Origin: an uncultured Gemmatimonadales bacterium
Lineage (GTDB): Bacteria > Gemmatimonadota > Gemmatimonadetes > Gemmatimonadales > GWC2-71-9
DNA length: 64,000 nt
Reading direction: 5' to 3'
NCBI GenBank assembly: GCA_963707875.1
Contig: CAVPRU010000003.1
Span: 358,498-422,497 of the forward strand
The notes below the pieces were generated by a model, which saw only the letters and a list, made by a program, of their open reading frames with translations, was not told where the DNA came from and ran no database searches. Shown here piece after piece: positions 19,543 to 30,513 of this stretch. The stretch's first letter is position 1. Each line of letters starts with the position of its first letter. The translations under genes and the position numbers were made by a program.

Positions 19543-20144
19543 CCGGTGCGCCCAATGGACCTCCGCTCAACGCGGGGGTCCCGGGCCGCCAGTCCGGGTT
19601 GTCGCCCCTCTGGGCCGAACGGCTCAAACGTCAGACCGCCCGGGTCCGGGCGCTGACGGCCACGCTCGATGCGGAGCGGCTTCTCTGGCGTCCGCCCGAC
19701 GGCGGCTGGGGCGCGGCCCACGTCCTGGAGCATCTGGTCGTCACCGCGGACAACTACCTGCCGACGATGCGCCACCTGGCCTCCGAGGGCCCGGTGGCGC
19801 GAAATCCCGAGAATGTGTGGTGGAAGGGCACTCTGGGAGGTCGCTTTCTGGTCCACGCGCTGAGAGCGCCTCGAAAGCTGCCGGCGCCCCGGGTGTTCCA
19901 GATTGCCGGGCAACTGCGCCCCCAGGTGGCCGAGGCGTTCGTGGACCGGCAGGATGAGACGGTGCGTCTGCTGGAGCTGAGTCGGGACCGCCACTGGCGG
20001 AAGTGCCGACTCGCCTCACCCGCCAGCAGCCTGATCCGGCTCAATCTGGGCGACTGCTTTGCCGTCCTGGTCACCCACACCGACCGGCACCTGCTTCAAC
20101 TGGAGCGGGTCCTCCGCCACCCCGGCTTTCCCAAGGCCCTCTAG
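19530..20144 (+). CDS. DinB family protein
   Basis: WRPPDGGWGAAHVLEHL ... HTDRHLLQ (DinB His pattern); start codon uncertain. Confidence 0.75.
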   Translation: MQAVAGAPNGPPLNAGVPGRQSGLSPLWAERLKRQTARVRALTATLDAERLLWRPPDGGWGAAHVLEHLVVTADNYLPTMRHLASEGPVARNPENVWWKGTLGGRFLVHALRAPRKLPAPRVFQIAGQLRPQVAEAFVDRQDETVRLLELSRDRHWRKCRLASPASSLIRLNLGDCFAVLVTHTDRHLLQLERVLRHPGFPKAL

Positions 20145-21506
20145 CGCCGCAGGTCGTCGAGTCGACGGGCAATCTCCGCCTTGTCGTACCACTTTCCCCG
20201 CACCATCACCCCGGCCCGCCGGGACCAGTTGCCGATGTCGTCCAGCGGATTGGCCTCCAGCAGCACCAGGTCAGCCCGGCGTCCCACCGCCACCGTCCCG
20301 AACTCCTCCAGCTGTCCCACATGCTCGGCCACATTCCGCGACCCCATCTCCAGCGACTGGAACGGAGTGAATCCCGAGGCCACCATCGCGTTCAACTCCC
20401 GCTGAACCGAGAACCCCGGCACGTTCCACCACTGGGGAGCATCGGAGCCGAGCAGGAACGGAACGCCAGCCCGATAGAGCGCCTGCATCACCCGCCGCCG
20501 CACCGCCAGATACCGGGCCGAGGACTCGGCGGTCAGCCCCAGGCTCCGGCGATTGTTGTCGGTCGCCTGCTTCCACTGGGCCACCGTGGCCGCCGGCCAG
20601 TAGCCCATCTCCGGCCAGGCCATCAGGGTCTCGGTGGGCAGCGTCCCGGCCACCGACTCGAACAGGCTCTGGGTCGGCACGATGGCCGTCCCGGCGGCCC
20701 TGGTGGCCACGACCAGCGCCGGCAGCTTCGACTCATCGAGGTAGTCGACCAGATTGAAGGCGAAGAACTGCGACTGGGTGCCCGCGACCGGGCGAGCCGT
20801 CCTTGACCATCGCCTCCAGATATCCATCCACATGGTCGATGGTCCACTGTCCGGCCCTGAGGGCCGGCACCAGCCCGACGTCGAGGGGGATGTGGCCGGC
20901 AAACCTGATGTTGAGCCGACGGGCGGTGGCCGCCATCGAGTCGTAGACCACCCGCCCGATCCCGGGGTGAATCTTCATCAGGTCGTAGCCGGCGTTCTTC
21001 TGCTCGGCCACGGTCCGGATCGCGGTGGCGATATCCGGCAGGCTGTTGCCGTTGAGCGACGGACCGGTCGTGAGAATCGTCGGGCTCAGGATCTCCCCCC
21101 GGTTGGCCCGCTCCCGGAACGGCAGGTGGCGCGGGGCGCCGAGCATCCCCCGGACGGAGGTGACGCCATTCAGCGCGAAGTAGGCCAGGACCTTCTCGAT
21201 CTCCGCGTCGGGCGCCTGGGCCTGCGGCGGGATGTGGCCGTGCATCTCGGCCAGACCCGGCATCAGGTACCGGTTGCGCCCATCGATCCGGGTGGCCCCT
21301 GCCGGAACCGTCACCTGCGCCGCAGGCCCGACCGCCACGATCCGCTGACCGCGCACCAGCACCGTCTGATCCCGAAGCACCCGGTCCCGATCCATCGGGA
21401 GGACCGTGACGTTGGTGATGGCGGTGACGGACTCCTGGGCGGTGACGAAACCGACCGGAGCAACGATCAGGGCAGCGAGCAGGAGAGCAGCGGTTCGGCG
21501 CAACAT
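20141..21506 (-). CDS. Secreted amidohydrolase family protein (frameshift near 20805)
   Basis: IDGRNRYLMPGLAEMHGH and KIHPG in the 5' part; LLGSDAPQ, GTVAVGRRADLVLLEANPL in the 3' part (ORF 20141-20902). Confidence 0.8.
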
Positions 21507-21570
21507 TGTGAGCACTCCAGTATGACGTGAGGGGGTCCTTGGGGCCTACGGTTGCCGGCGCCTGGTCGTT

Positions 21571-22332
21571 TCAGGGCTTCCGACTCACCCGGAGAAAAAC
21601 CGGCCACTCGATCTGGTGGCGGAGGTCCGGCTCCCCCCAGCTCCCGGCGAGTTCCCCGGCCACCGCCGGGATCGGATCGGCCAGCTGATCCTCCCGGTAG
21701 CGGCGCACCGCCGACCAGGTGGCAAGGTACCCCACCAGCTCGGCCAGCGTCCAATTGGCCTTCAGCGCAAAGGTCGGAGGGGCCAGCTCCGGGAAGGGAA
21801 GTGTGACGGAGGCGTAGTGCTCGTCAACCAGCGCCCGGTCGGCGGTCCACCAGCGACCCACCGTTTCCTTGGAAAACCGGCGGACGATCGCCTCCAGCCT
21901 GGCGTCGTCCATGGTGAGGTCGCCATAGCCCCACACCGCGAGTACCCCACCCGGTCGGAGGACTCGGGTCACCTCGGCGAAGTACCGCTCCCGGTCGAAC
22001 CAGTGGATCGCCTGTGCCGCGGTGGCGAGCGCCACGGTGCCGCTCTCCAGACCGCTCACGTGCGCCAGGGCCAGCCGGTAGTGAACCCTGGGATGGGGAA
22101 CCGCGGCGGCAAGCTGGGCCTCGGAGGCATCGGTCGCCACCACGAGATGGAAGTGATCGGCCAGCCCCACCGCCGCCTGGCCGTTCCCGGTGCCGGCATC
22201 CCAGGCCAGGTCAGGCACGTCTACCAGAGAAGCGAGATACTCGAAGAGACTCGGGGGGTAGTCGGGGCGATACCTGGCGTACGCCTGGGAATCCCCGGAG
22301 AAATAGTCCTTGAATTCCGGGTGGAGGGTCAT
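21571..22332 (-). CDS. Class I SAM-dependent methyltransferase
   Basis: YARYRPDYP, WDAGTGNGQAA, AQAIHWFD, LRPGG; ATG 22332. Confidence 0.9.
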   Translation of the reverse strand: MTLHPEFKDYFSGDSQAYARYRPDYPPSLFEYLASLVDVPDLAWDAGTGNGQAAVGLADHFHLVVATDASEAQLAAAVPHPRVHYRLALAHVSGLESGTVALATAAQAIHWFDRERYFAEVTRVLRPGGVLAVWGYGDLTMDDARLEAIVRRFSKETVGRWWTADRALVDEHYASVTLPFPELAPPTFALKANWTLAELVGYLATWSAVRRYREDQLADPIPAVAGELAGSWGEPDLRHQIEWPVFLRVSRKP

Positions 22333-22336
22333 CGTC

Positions 22337-23974
22337 TCAGGGCACGGGCGGTGGGCCCATCGACGCCGTGGTCCGACCGGGAGGCCGCCGCAGCGCCTGG
22401 CCGGGCCGGGCCTCGGTGAACTGGCCATCAGCCACCACCGGGACGCCGTGCACGATCACCCATGGGATGCCGGCCGGATATTGATGAGGGGCTTCGAAGG
22501 TGGCCTGGTCGGCAACCGTTGCCGGATCGAAGACCACCAGATCGGCCAGCATCCCTTCCGCGATCCGACCACGATCGGTCAGGCCGAGCCGCCAGGCGGG
22601 AAGCGCCGTCATCTTCCGGACGGCGTCTTCCAGGGTCAGCACCTTACGCTCCCGGACCCAGTAGCCGAGCACCCGGGGAAAGGTGCCGTAGGCCCGGGGA
22701 TGCGGGTGCTCTACCCCCGGTCGGCTCAGTCGGCCGTCGCTGGCGATGGCGGTCATCGGGTGCCGCATGATCCGCTCGACATCTCCTTGGTCGATCACGT
22801 GGTAGATCGCTCCTGCCCCTCCCTCCAATTCGGCCTCGATCACCAAATGGGCCCCGTTCTCGGACGTCGGCTCGAGCCCCCGGTCCACCGCCCAGTCGTA
22901 CAGGGTGCGGCCCTGCAAATCGGGCTGCCACCGGACACTGGAGAACTGGACCCGACGGAGGTCGCCACCGCCCCGGTCGTTCTCGATGTTGAAGACCGTG
23001 CCGGTGAGGATGCTGTCCCGGAGCCGGGGATTGGCCACCCGCCGGGCAAAGGCACTGTCGCCACCTTCGCGCGCCCAGGCGGGGATCAGCACCCCGAGCC
23101 CGGTGTGCGAGGCGGTATAGGGATACTGATCGGCCATCACGTCGGTCCCGGCGGCCCGGGCGGAGTCGATCATCGCCAGGGTCTGCACGCTCTGGCCCCA
23201 CATCGCCTTGCCGATGGCCTTGTGGTGCGTCAGCACGACCGGGATTCCCGCGAGACGCCCGATCTCCATCGCCTCGCCGACGCCCTCGAACAGCCCGATC
23301 CCTTCCTTCCGCAAGTGCGAGGTGTAGATCCCGCCCGAGTCGGCCGCAATCCGGGAGAGCGCCACGATCTCGTCGAGCCTGGCAAAGGTGCCGGGGAGAT
23401 AGAACAGCCCGGTGGAAAGCCCGAAGGCACCCTCGCCCATCCCGGTCGCCACCATCCCCTGCATCCGCACCAGCTCCACCGCCGTCGGCGCCCGGTCCGC
23501 CAGGCCCATCACCCGGCTTCGGATGGTGTTGTGCCCGACGAAGAACCCGACGTTCATCCCGAGCCCGGCGGCCTGCGCCCGGTCGAGTCCCTGGCCAATC
23601 GGATAGAATCCGCCCCCATCCGGATTCCCCATCGCCGTGGTCACCCCCTGCCGGACATGGCTCTCGGCGTCGGGCATCTGGAAGAGCGGCTCGAGGTGGG
23701 CGTGCAGGTCGATGAACCCAGGGGCGACGACCAGACCCGTGGCGTCGATCACCTGCCGGGCGGAGTCCCGGGCGATGCCGCCGCGGGCTACGGCGATGAT
23801 CCGACCATCCCGGATCGCGACATCGGCCCGGAACGCGGGGGCGCCGGTGCCATCGATCACCCGGCCGCCGATGATCAGCAGGTCCCACCGCTCGGGTGGC
23901 AGCTGACCGAAAGCCACCGGAGGAAGGGCAAGGAGTCCGGCAAGCAGCACGACCGTCGACCGCAGGCAGTTCAT
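22337..23974 (-). CDS. N-acyl-D-amino-acid deacylase (D-aminoacylase)
   Basis: VIDGTG, APGFIDLHAH, STGLFYLPG, YTSHLRKE, HPRAYGTFPR, ADLVVFDP. Confidence 0.92.
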   Translation of the reverse strand: MNCLRSTVVLLAGLLALPPVAFGQLPPERWDLLIIGGRVIDGTGAPAFRADVAIRDGRIIAVARGGIARDSARQVIDATGLVVAPGFIDLHAHLEPLFQMPDAESHVRQGVTTAMGNPDGGGFYPIGQGLDRAQAAGLGMNVGFFVGHNTIRSRVMGLADRAPTAVELVRMQGMVATGMGEGAFGLSTGLFYLPGTFARLDEIVALSRIAADSGGIYTSHLRKEGIGLFEGVGEAMEIGRLAGIPVVLTHHKAIGKAMWGQSVQTLAMIDSARAAGTDVMADQYPYTASHTGLGVLIPAWAREGGDSAFARRVANPRLRDSILTGTVFNIENDRGGGDLRRVQFSSVRWQPDLQGRTLYDWAVDRGLEPTSENGAHLVIEAELEGGAGAIYHVIDQGDVERIMRHPMTAIASDGRLSRPGVEHPHPRAYGTFPRVLGYWVRERKVLTLEDAVRKMTALPAWRLGLTDRGRIAEGMLADLVVFDPATVADQATFEAPHQYPAGIPWVIVHGVPVVADGQFTEARPGQALRRPPGRTTASMGPPPVP

Positions 23975-25017
23975 AGGTCCTCGCGGGTTGCCCCTGGAAT
24001 GTCGAGCACGAAGTCGGGTCCGAAGGCCCGACTGGGAGTCTGGAAGCCGGGCGCGACGCCCGACAGGGTGCGTTCCACGGCCCGGACGGCGGACCACGCC
24101 GTCAGGGTGTAACCCTCGGGACCCTGAATCCGGCCGGCGGCTCGGCGACCCCCGGCATCAGTGACCTCACCCCAGACCGATGTGCTCCCCGCCGCGCGAG
24201 CATCGGGAGATGGACCGGCGGGGCCCCGGTCCACCATCCTCCGCGCCAGCCAGCGGACCGGGGCCGAGCGCAGCAGGAAACCCAGATACCTGGTGCGACG
24301 GAGGGCCTTGATCCGGCCGGGGGACATCGCCATGTAGACCTCGATGTTGCCGATCCCGGTGCTGTGGTACCCGGTGGAAATATCGCCCCAGGGAATAGTC
24401 ACCGCCATCCGGGGCTTCCCGTCGCCGAAGTCGACCTCCAGCGTCCGATAGCCCGGCGGGACCGGGGTGATCACCCCGTCGCGGCGAACGGCGCCCGGCC
24501 GGCCAACTCCCTCCAGCGCGGTCCGCGCGGTGCCGTGGGACATGCCGCCGGAGGTCCGGAAAGCCAGACGGAGTGTGTCGGCCGTGGGGAGCCGCTGGTG
24601 GAGGTGGGCCGCCAGGCAATCGGTGGGCACCACGTCGAAGCCCACGCCCGGGATCAGGCTGACCCCGACCTCGCGCGCGAGCTGGTCGGCCCGGGCCAGG
24701 CCTTCGAAGACCGTGATCTCCCCGGTGATATCGAGGTAATGCACCTTCGCCAGCAGACAGGCCTTCGACATCGGGCGCCAGGTGTGGATGAACGGGCCGG
24801 CGCAGTTGAGTACCGCCGGGAAGAGGCGCACGACCTCGGCCAGCATGTCGGTATCATCGAGGCCGATCGCGATCCACGGCAGATCGAGTTCCCTGGCCAG
24901 GGCCTCGATCGTCTCCCGATTCCGGCCAGCCAGGGTGGGGCGATGGCCCCGGGCAATCGCCTCCCGGGCAATCAGCCGGCCGGAGTAGCCGGTGGCTCCG
25001 TAGAGCAGGAAGCTCAC
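23971..25017 (-). CDS. Saccharopine dehydrogenase NADP-binding domain protein (trans-acting enoyl reductase-like)
   Basis: LLYGATGYSG, LAGRN, NCAGPF, HYLDITGE, GFDVVPTD; GTGA overlap with the M61 gene. Confidence 0.85.
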   Translation of the reverse strand: MSFLLYGATGYSGRLIAREAIARGHRPTLAGRNRETIEALARELDLPWIAIGLDDTDMLAEVVRLFPAVLNCAGPFIHTWRPMSKACLLAKVHYLDITGEITVFEGLARADQLAREVGVSLIPGVGFDVVPTDCLAAHLHQRLPTADTLRLAFRTSGGMSHGTARTALEGVGRPGAVRRDGVITPVPPGYRTLEVDFGDGKPRMAVTIPWGDISTGYHSTGIGNIEVYMAMSPGRIKALRRTRYLGFLLRSAPVRWLARRMVDRGPAGPSPDARAAGSTSVWGEVTDAGGRRAAGRIQGPEGYTLTAWSAVRAVERTLSGVAPGFQTPSRAFGPDFVLDIPGATREDL

Positions 25018-26864
25018 TGAGCCTGCGTCCCGAGCCAGGCGGCACGGAAGGCCCGGATCGCCTCGGTCACCGGACGGCCGGCCGCCTCGAAGGTGAGCAC
25101 TTCGAGGCGCGGGTCCTGACCCAGCCGGATCGTGCCGGTGACGGTCTGGCCCCGGCTCTCGAAGGTGATCGAGAGGGTGTCTCCGGGCTGATGACGGGAG
25201 AGGACATCCTCCAGATCCGCCATGGCGCCCATCGCGGCACCATCGACCACCAGCAGACGATCCCCGGCGGCAAGGCCGGCGGCATACGCGGGGGTGCCCT
25301 CCATCACCGTGGCACCGATCTGCAATCCCCGATCGGAGGCAGTCAGACCGAGGTCGCCAATCCACGCCCCGGTCGGCCTGGCCGGCCGCACCAGGAACCC
25401 GGCTCGCGCCAGCAAGGCCGGATAGTCGGCGACCTCTCGACCTTCGATGAGCCGGCGGAAGAAGTCGTTGGCAAACGCGGTATCCCGGGTCGTCCGCCCG
25501 AGCGCGGCGCGGGCGTCGGCCACCGTGTAGGACCGTTCGGTGACCCCGTGGGTCCGCCACATCTCCCGCATGAAGTCATCCAGTCCGAGATCGGGGAACC
25601 GGCTCCGGATTGAGAGATCCAGCGCCAGTCCCAGAGCGGCGCCCCAGGTATAGTAGGAGATGAAGGTGTTCGCGAAGCTGGTGGGGTCGATCGCGGTGGC
25701 CGCATCGACGAATGGAGCCATCATGCTCATCTCGACCGCGGAGCGGTGGTGCCGGCCCGGTGCGTTGGTGACGGTGTTGATCTCCCCTGTCAGGCTTCGG
25801 GCGTACTGGTCGAGGGTGGTGAGTCCGGCCCGGTGGATGGCGAGGGGTCCGTAGTAACTGGTGAAACCCTCCGCCAGCCACAGTTCGCCCGCCATGTTGG
25901 CGCGCTCGAAGTCGAACGGCTCCAGTCCGCGAGGCCGGATCCGCTCGACATTCCAGATGTGGAAGAACTCGTGGGCCACCGTGCCGAGCAGGCCCGAAGC
26001 GGAGCTGGCCAGCGAGGCGGTGCTGGCCAGCACCGTGGAGTTGCGGTGCTCCATGCCATCGCCGGAGGCGTGGGGCAGATAGTCCGCAAGGAAGGTGTAG
26101 ACCCCGTGGTCAAAGGTGGGCAGCGACCCGTACACCGCGGCCTCCTCCAGCACCACCTTCTGGATGTCCTCGACGTATCGATCCACCTCGACCGTGGTCC
26201 CGGCGTGGTGGATCGCCAGCCGGATCGTCTGTTCCCGTCCACCCGATGTCACCGTCCAGCTCCGCAGGTCAAAGTCGCTCAGTTCGATCGGGCTGTCCAT
26301 GAAGTACTGGAAGTCCCGGGCCTGCCAGGTCCCCGGTTCGGCGCCGATGGCCAGCTGGGTGGCGACGCCCCAGGTGGTGGGAAGGTCCGGGAAGCGCACT
26401 GCGACCGGCCGCCGGTCGAGACCGCGGGCCCAGATGAACGTCGCCGGGTTGTTGAGGTGGGCATGGGTCCGGTCGATCCCGCTGTAGGTCCCGTCGGCCC
26501 GGTCGGCAAACAGGGTGTACTCGACCACTGCCGTGCCGTCGTGCCCGGCCACGTCCCACTGGTAGGGGTTGGGCCGGGTGGCGGTCAACTGGCGACCGCG
26601 GGAGTCGCGGACGGAAAGGTCGTAGACATTCTTGGCGAATTCGTGGACGGCGTAGCGGCCCGGCGAACTCCGGCTCATCCGGAGCTCCAGGGGCCGGGCC
26701 GGGAGCCCGCTGAAGGTGGCGGTGATCCGGGCCTCGTGGTGGGCCCGATTGGCGAGGCTCACTTCGTAGCGAACCGGGACCGGTCCGGCCTGAGCCGACA
26801 GGGTGCCCGGAAGGGTGGCGACCGACAGGACGACCGCGAGAGTGGGGCGGCTGGAAAAGCGCAT
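25014..26864 (-). CDS. M61 glycyl aminopeptidase family protein with PDZ domain
   Basis: SPGRYAVHEF, DSPIE, GMEHRNST, HEFFHIWN, WLAEGFTSYY; C-terminal PDZ (TPAYAAGLAAGD). Confidence 0.92.
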   Translation of the reverse strand: MRFSSRPTLAVVLSVATLPGTLSAQAGPVPVRYEVSLANRAHHEARITATFSGLPARPLELRMSRSSPGRYAVHEFAKNVYDLSVRDSRGRQLTATRPNPYQWDVAGHDGTAVVEYTLFADRADGTYSGIDRTHAHLNNPATFIWARGLDRRPVAVRFPDLPTTWGVATQLAIGAEPGTWQARDFQYFMDSPIELSDFDLRSWTVTSGGREQTIRLAIHHAGTTVEVDRYVEDIQKVVLEEAAVYGSLPTFDHGVYTFLADYLPHASGDGMEHRNSTVLASTASLASSASGLLGTVAHEFFHIWNVERIRPRGLEPFDFERANMAGELWLAEGFTSYYGPLAIHRAGLTTLDQYARSLTGEINTVTNAPGRHHRSAVEMSMMAPFVDAATAIDPTSFANTFISYYTWGAALGLALDLSIRSRFPDLGLDDFMREMWRTHGVTERSYTVADARAALGRTTRDTAFANDFFRRLIEGREVADYPALLARAGFLVRPARPTGAWIGDLGLTASDRGLQIGATVMEGTPAYAAGLAAGDRLLVVDGAAMGAMADLEDVLSRHQPGDTLSITFESRGQTVTGTIRLGQDPRLEVLTFEAAGRPVTEAIRAFRAAWLGTQAQ

Positions 26865-26962
26865 TGCGGACCGGTGAGTAAGTGGAGGCAGGCCAGCGGA
26901 CGACCGGTAAATAGCGTTGCCGGGCGTCTCAGGGCCAGTCCGGGGCCGAAGCCCCCGCGACG

Positions 26963-28735
26963 TTACGGCCGCCGGATCAGCAGGTACCCCCTCGCGTTGG
27001 TCGGGCTCCGACGCCCCTCGGGCCGCTGTCCCCAGACGTGGACCAGCACCAGCCGCAGCTGAACGCCCTCCACTTCGGCATCCACCGTGATCGGCACCGA
27101 CAGCGACTCCGGACCATCGGTGCCGAGGGTATCGAGCGCCTGCGACAGGTCAAAGCTGCCGACCGGCAGGCTGTCCCGGGAAATCCGAACCGTCCGCATG
27201 TCAGAGGAACCCTCCAGCACCAGGCCGGTGGCGCCGACCTCCAGCCGGGCGTTCTCCACCAGGGTCACGGGCTGCATCCGGTCGAACCCGGCGACCTCGG
27301 CCAGGACCGGTGACTTGACCCCCACTGTGAACTCCTCGCCTCGGCCCGAGCCGGCAGCCCGGTACTCAACACCCAGATGCCGCGCCGCACGCACCTCCAC
27401 CCGGTCCCACCGGCTCATCGTCGAGTCGGCGGCCCAGACTTCCGCCGTGTCCTCGGCCAACCCGAGCGCCGCCGCGAGCGCGGGCACTCCGTGAGACCGG
27501 TGCAGATACCGGATCACCCCGTTCAGCTCCTTCACGTCTTCAGGGCTCACCGTGCGACCGGCCATGGTGGCGGCGCCGAGCTGGCCCATCCCGTTCGCCA
27601 CCAGCAGCGCGTCGAGCCGGCCCTCCTGACTCCGGCGGCTGGTCGCGTAGGCGCCCCAGGGCCCGAACCAGGTCAGGGCGGCCACCAGACCGAGGCTCAC
27701 CGGAATCGGACGGATGTTGCGCGACCCGGTGATCACGTAGTAGATGCCGAGCCCCAGGAGCCAGACGGCCAGCACCAGCAGGATGTACCGCGGCTCGGTC
27801 ACCCCGTACTGGGCGATCCGCTTGCCCACCGCCGCCAGCAGGATGCCGAGCGATGGCGCCAGGGCCAGAAAGAACCAGCGGCCATAGCCGTTTACCCAGG
27901 TGCTGTCCTCCCGATCCCGCGCCGGATGGAGCAGCAACAGCGCCAGCACCCCGGTCAGCGACACCCCCGACACCAGCCAGCCGATCCACCCGCTGGGCCA
28001 TTCCCGGGTCACGAGCACCTTGCCCAGATAGAGGGTGAGGATGACCAGGTAGACCGTGACCAGCGGCAGCAGGACGAACTGGGCAAAGACCTTGAGCCCC
28101 GCCGGGTATTCCTCCACCTGGTCCAGCCCCTCCAGGTCCTCGGGCACCCCCGCCAGCATCAACCAGGGATGAAACACGAAGGCCAGCACCACCCACAACT
28201 CGGGGTAGATCTCATTCCGGATGGTCACCCCGAACAGGTTGTCGACGGCCGCCAGCGCCAGGGCGAGGCCCACGAACAGCACCCCGGCGTAGACCCCGGC
28301 CAGCAGGTAGCGCAGGAGGAGGATCCGGTTCCACTGCCAGAACCCGATCCGCTCGGGTCCCCGCGCGAAGGCCGCCACCGCGACGGCCAGGTGGGCGATC
28401 AGGGCGAGCTGGAGCAGTCGGAGCGCCACCTGCTCCTCGGGCCACGCCTGCGAGGAATAGCCGAGCCCCACCAGCCCGGCCACCACCACCAGCGCCGCTA
28501 TCCAGCGGACCGCCGACGAGAGGCGCCGGCGTTCGACCGTGGTGACGATGGCGGTGAAGAGCGGGAGGCCCAGCATGGCGGTGGCCCAGACCCGCGAGTG
28601 CCAGTCGAGCTCGGGCCCCTCGATCAGGGCGATCATGACCCCGGCGGCCACCAGGCCGGAGAGGAGGGCGAGCGGGAACCTGATGGCGGTCTGCCGCGCC
28701 CGTCGGGCGGCGTCCGTGAGCGATGGGAAGCGCAT
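26963..28735 (-). CDS. DUF4153 family multi-pass membrane protein
   Basis: RFPL start motif, many TM segments, VLLPLVTVYLVILTLY, RIAQYGVTEPRY, GPWGA..SRRSQ.RL. Confidence 0.75.
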   Translation of the reverse strand: MRFPSLTDAARRARQTAIRFPLALLSGLVAAGVMIALIEGPELDWHSRVWATAMLGLPLFTAIVTTVERRRLSSAVRWIAALVVVAGLVGLGYSSQAWPEEQVALRLLQLALIAHLAVAVAAFARGPERIGFWQWNRILLLRYLLAGVYAGVLFVGLALALAAVDNLFGVTIRNEIYPELWVVLAFVFHPWLMLAGVPEDLEGLDQVEEYPAGLKVFAQFVLLPLVTVYLVILTLYLGKVLVTREWPSGWIGWLVSGVSLTGVLALLLLHPARDREDSTWVNGYGRWFFLALAPSLGILLAAVGKRIAQYGVTEPRYILLVLAVWLLGLGIYYVITGSRNIRPIPVSLGLVAALTWFGPWGAYATSRRSQEGRLDALLVANGMGQLGAATMAGRTVSPEDVKELNGVIRYLHRSHGVPALAAALGLAEDTAEVWAADSTMSRWDRVEVRAARHLGVEYRAAGSGRGEEFTVGVKSPVLAEVAGFDRMQPVTLVENARLEVGATGLVLEGSSDMRTVRISRDSLPVGSFDLSQALDTLGTDGPESLSVPITVDAEVEGVQLRLVLVHVWGQRPEGRRSPTNARGYLLIRRP

Positions 28736-28924
28736 GGGTCCTCCCTGGCTGGTTGGGGGGCCAATTGACCCTGAACCCATTGAATAAGCCACCGGACCGG
28801 CAAGGGGGCCAGTCCGACTTGGCCCGGGGGACGCCTCCTCCGGCCAAGGGATAGAGGATTCCCTCTTGCCGAGTTCGGGATCAGACCGTAACGTGTCCAA
28901 TCCCCCACACCCCCTGGAGGTAGT

Positions 28925-29341
28925 ATGCAACCGGTCAAGTTCCTGACGTCGGTGGTCGTGCTCTTTGTCTGGGGTTTCCTGTTCGAGCAGTTCCTGTCAC
29001 CCATCGTGTACGGCGACTCGATGGCCGGCATCCCCGGCCTGGTCGAGAATCCGCCGATGATGTGGATCATCATCGGGTCGCTGGTGGGAGCCGCCGTGCT
29101 GATATGGGTCTACGAGAAGGTGTCGAGCGTCTTCGGGTCCGGTGCCGCAGGAGGCGCCAAGTTCGGCCTGTACACCGGAATCCTGATGAACTTCCCGATG
29201 TGGCTCTACTTCACGCTGTACGGGGGGTGGCCCTACGCGACGGCATGGCGCTTCACCATTGTCGGGATCGTGATGGGGGTCATCAGCGGCGTCCTGATCG
29301 GACTGGTGTACGACAAGGTCGGTGGCGCCAAGACGGCCTGA
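28925..29341 (+). CDS. Small four-TM hypothetical membrane protein
   Basis: GGAGG RBS, 138 aa with four hydrophobic segments and G-x-x-x-G packing motifs. Confidence 0.65.
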   Translation: MQPVKFLTSVVVLFVWGFLFEQFLSPIVYGDSMAGIPGLVENPPMMWIIIGSLVGAAVLIWVYEKVSSVFGSGAAGGAKFGLYTGILMNFPMWLYFTLYGGWPYATAWRFTIVGIVMGVISGVLIGLVYDKVGGAKTA

Positions 29342-29409
29342 TCCTCCCGCACGCTTCAGGACTCTGCTGTCACCAACGCCCGCGAATGCGGGCGTTGGTC
29401 TTTCCGGCC

Positions 29410-30420
29410 CTAGGCCTGCCCTCCGCCCCCCCGCTCGAGATACTTGCCGTAGGAAGCCGGATCGATGTTGGCCCCGCAGACAATCAGCCCGACCTTCTTC
29501 CCCCGGAGCCGGTCCCGGAGCGGCCCCAGCAGCGCCGCCGTCGCCGCCGCCCCGGCCGGTTCCACCGCCAGCTTGGCGCCCCGGAACAGCTGATACAGCG
29601 CCCGGCACAACGCATCGTCATCCACCGTCACCACCTCATCCACGAACCGGCGACAGAGCCCGAAGCTGTAGGGCAGCGAATAGGGCGGCGCCAGGCTGTC
29701 GGCGATGGTGGTGATCGGGCCCGCCTGGACCGGCTCCCCCGCCGCGAAGCTCCGGGACATCGAGTCGGCCCCGGTGGGCTCCACCCCGTACACCGCACAC
29801 CCCGGCAGCGCCTGCTTGATCGCGGCCGATACCCCCGCCGCCAGCCCGCCACCCCCGATCGGTACGATGACGGCCTCCAGATCGGGCACCTGGGTGGCGA
29901 ACTCCAGGCCGAGGGTCGCGGTGCCGAGCGCCACCCGGGGACCCTCGAACGGATGGACGAAGCTCCGGCCCTCGTCCCGCTCGATCCGCTCGGTCGCGGC
30001 AAACGCCTCCGCCACATTCTCAACCAGCACCACCTCGGCGCCGTAGTCCCGGCACAGCGCCACCCGCGCCGGATTGGCGGTCTTCGGCATGACCACCTTG
30101 GCGCTGGTGCCCAACCGGGAGGCGGCATAGGCCACCGCAGCGGCGTGGTTCCCGGCGCTCACCGCCGTCACCCCCCGCGCCAGCGCCTCCCGGTCCAGGT
30201 GGCGCATGACCGTGAGCGCCCCCCGCGGCTTGAAGGTGCCCGCGTACTGGAAGAGCTCCAGCTTCAGGGTGACCCGGGTCTCCGGACCGACCAGCCGGTC
30301 GAGTTCCGGATCCCGCCAGTGGTGCACCGGGGTCTCCCGTACCAGATCGCCCAGCGCCACCCGTGCGGCCCGGATCTCGTCGAGGGTGGGCGGCTCCGGG
30401 TGGGGCCGGTCAGCGGTCAT
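29410..30420 (-). CDS. Threonine/serine dehydratase-like PLP enzyme (fold type II)
   Basis: KLELFQYAGTFKPRGA, SAGNHA, PIGGGGL, VEPTG, EPAGAAA, CGAN. Confidence 0.9.
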   Translation of the reverse strand: MTADRPHPEPPTLDEIRAARVALGDLVRETPVHHWRDPELDRLVGPETRVTLKLELFQYAGTFKPRGALTVMRHLDREALARGVTAVSAGNHAAAVAYAASRLGTSAKVVMPKTANPARVALCRDYGAEVVLVENVAEAFAATERIERDEGRSFVHPFEGPRVALGTATLGLEFATQVPDLEAVIVPIGGGGLAAGVSAAIKQALPGCAVYGVEPTGADSMSRSFAAGEPVQAGPITTIADSLAPPYSLPYSFGLCRRFVDEVVTVDDDALCRALYQLFRGAKLAVEPAGAAATAALLGPLRDRLRGKKVGLIVCGANIDPASYGKYLERGGGGQA

Positions 30421-30513
30421 TCGTCACCTCTTTCAGCGGCCTTCGATAGAAAAGCGTCACTGGCCGTCGGCCAAGGGTAGATTGCAGCAGTCCTACGGAA
30501 CAGGGAATTCACC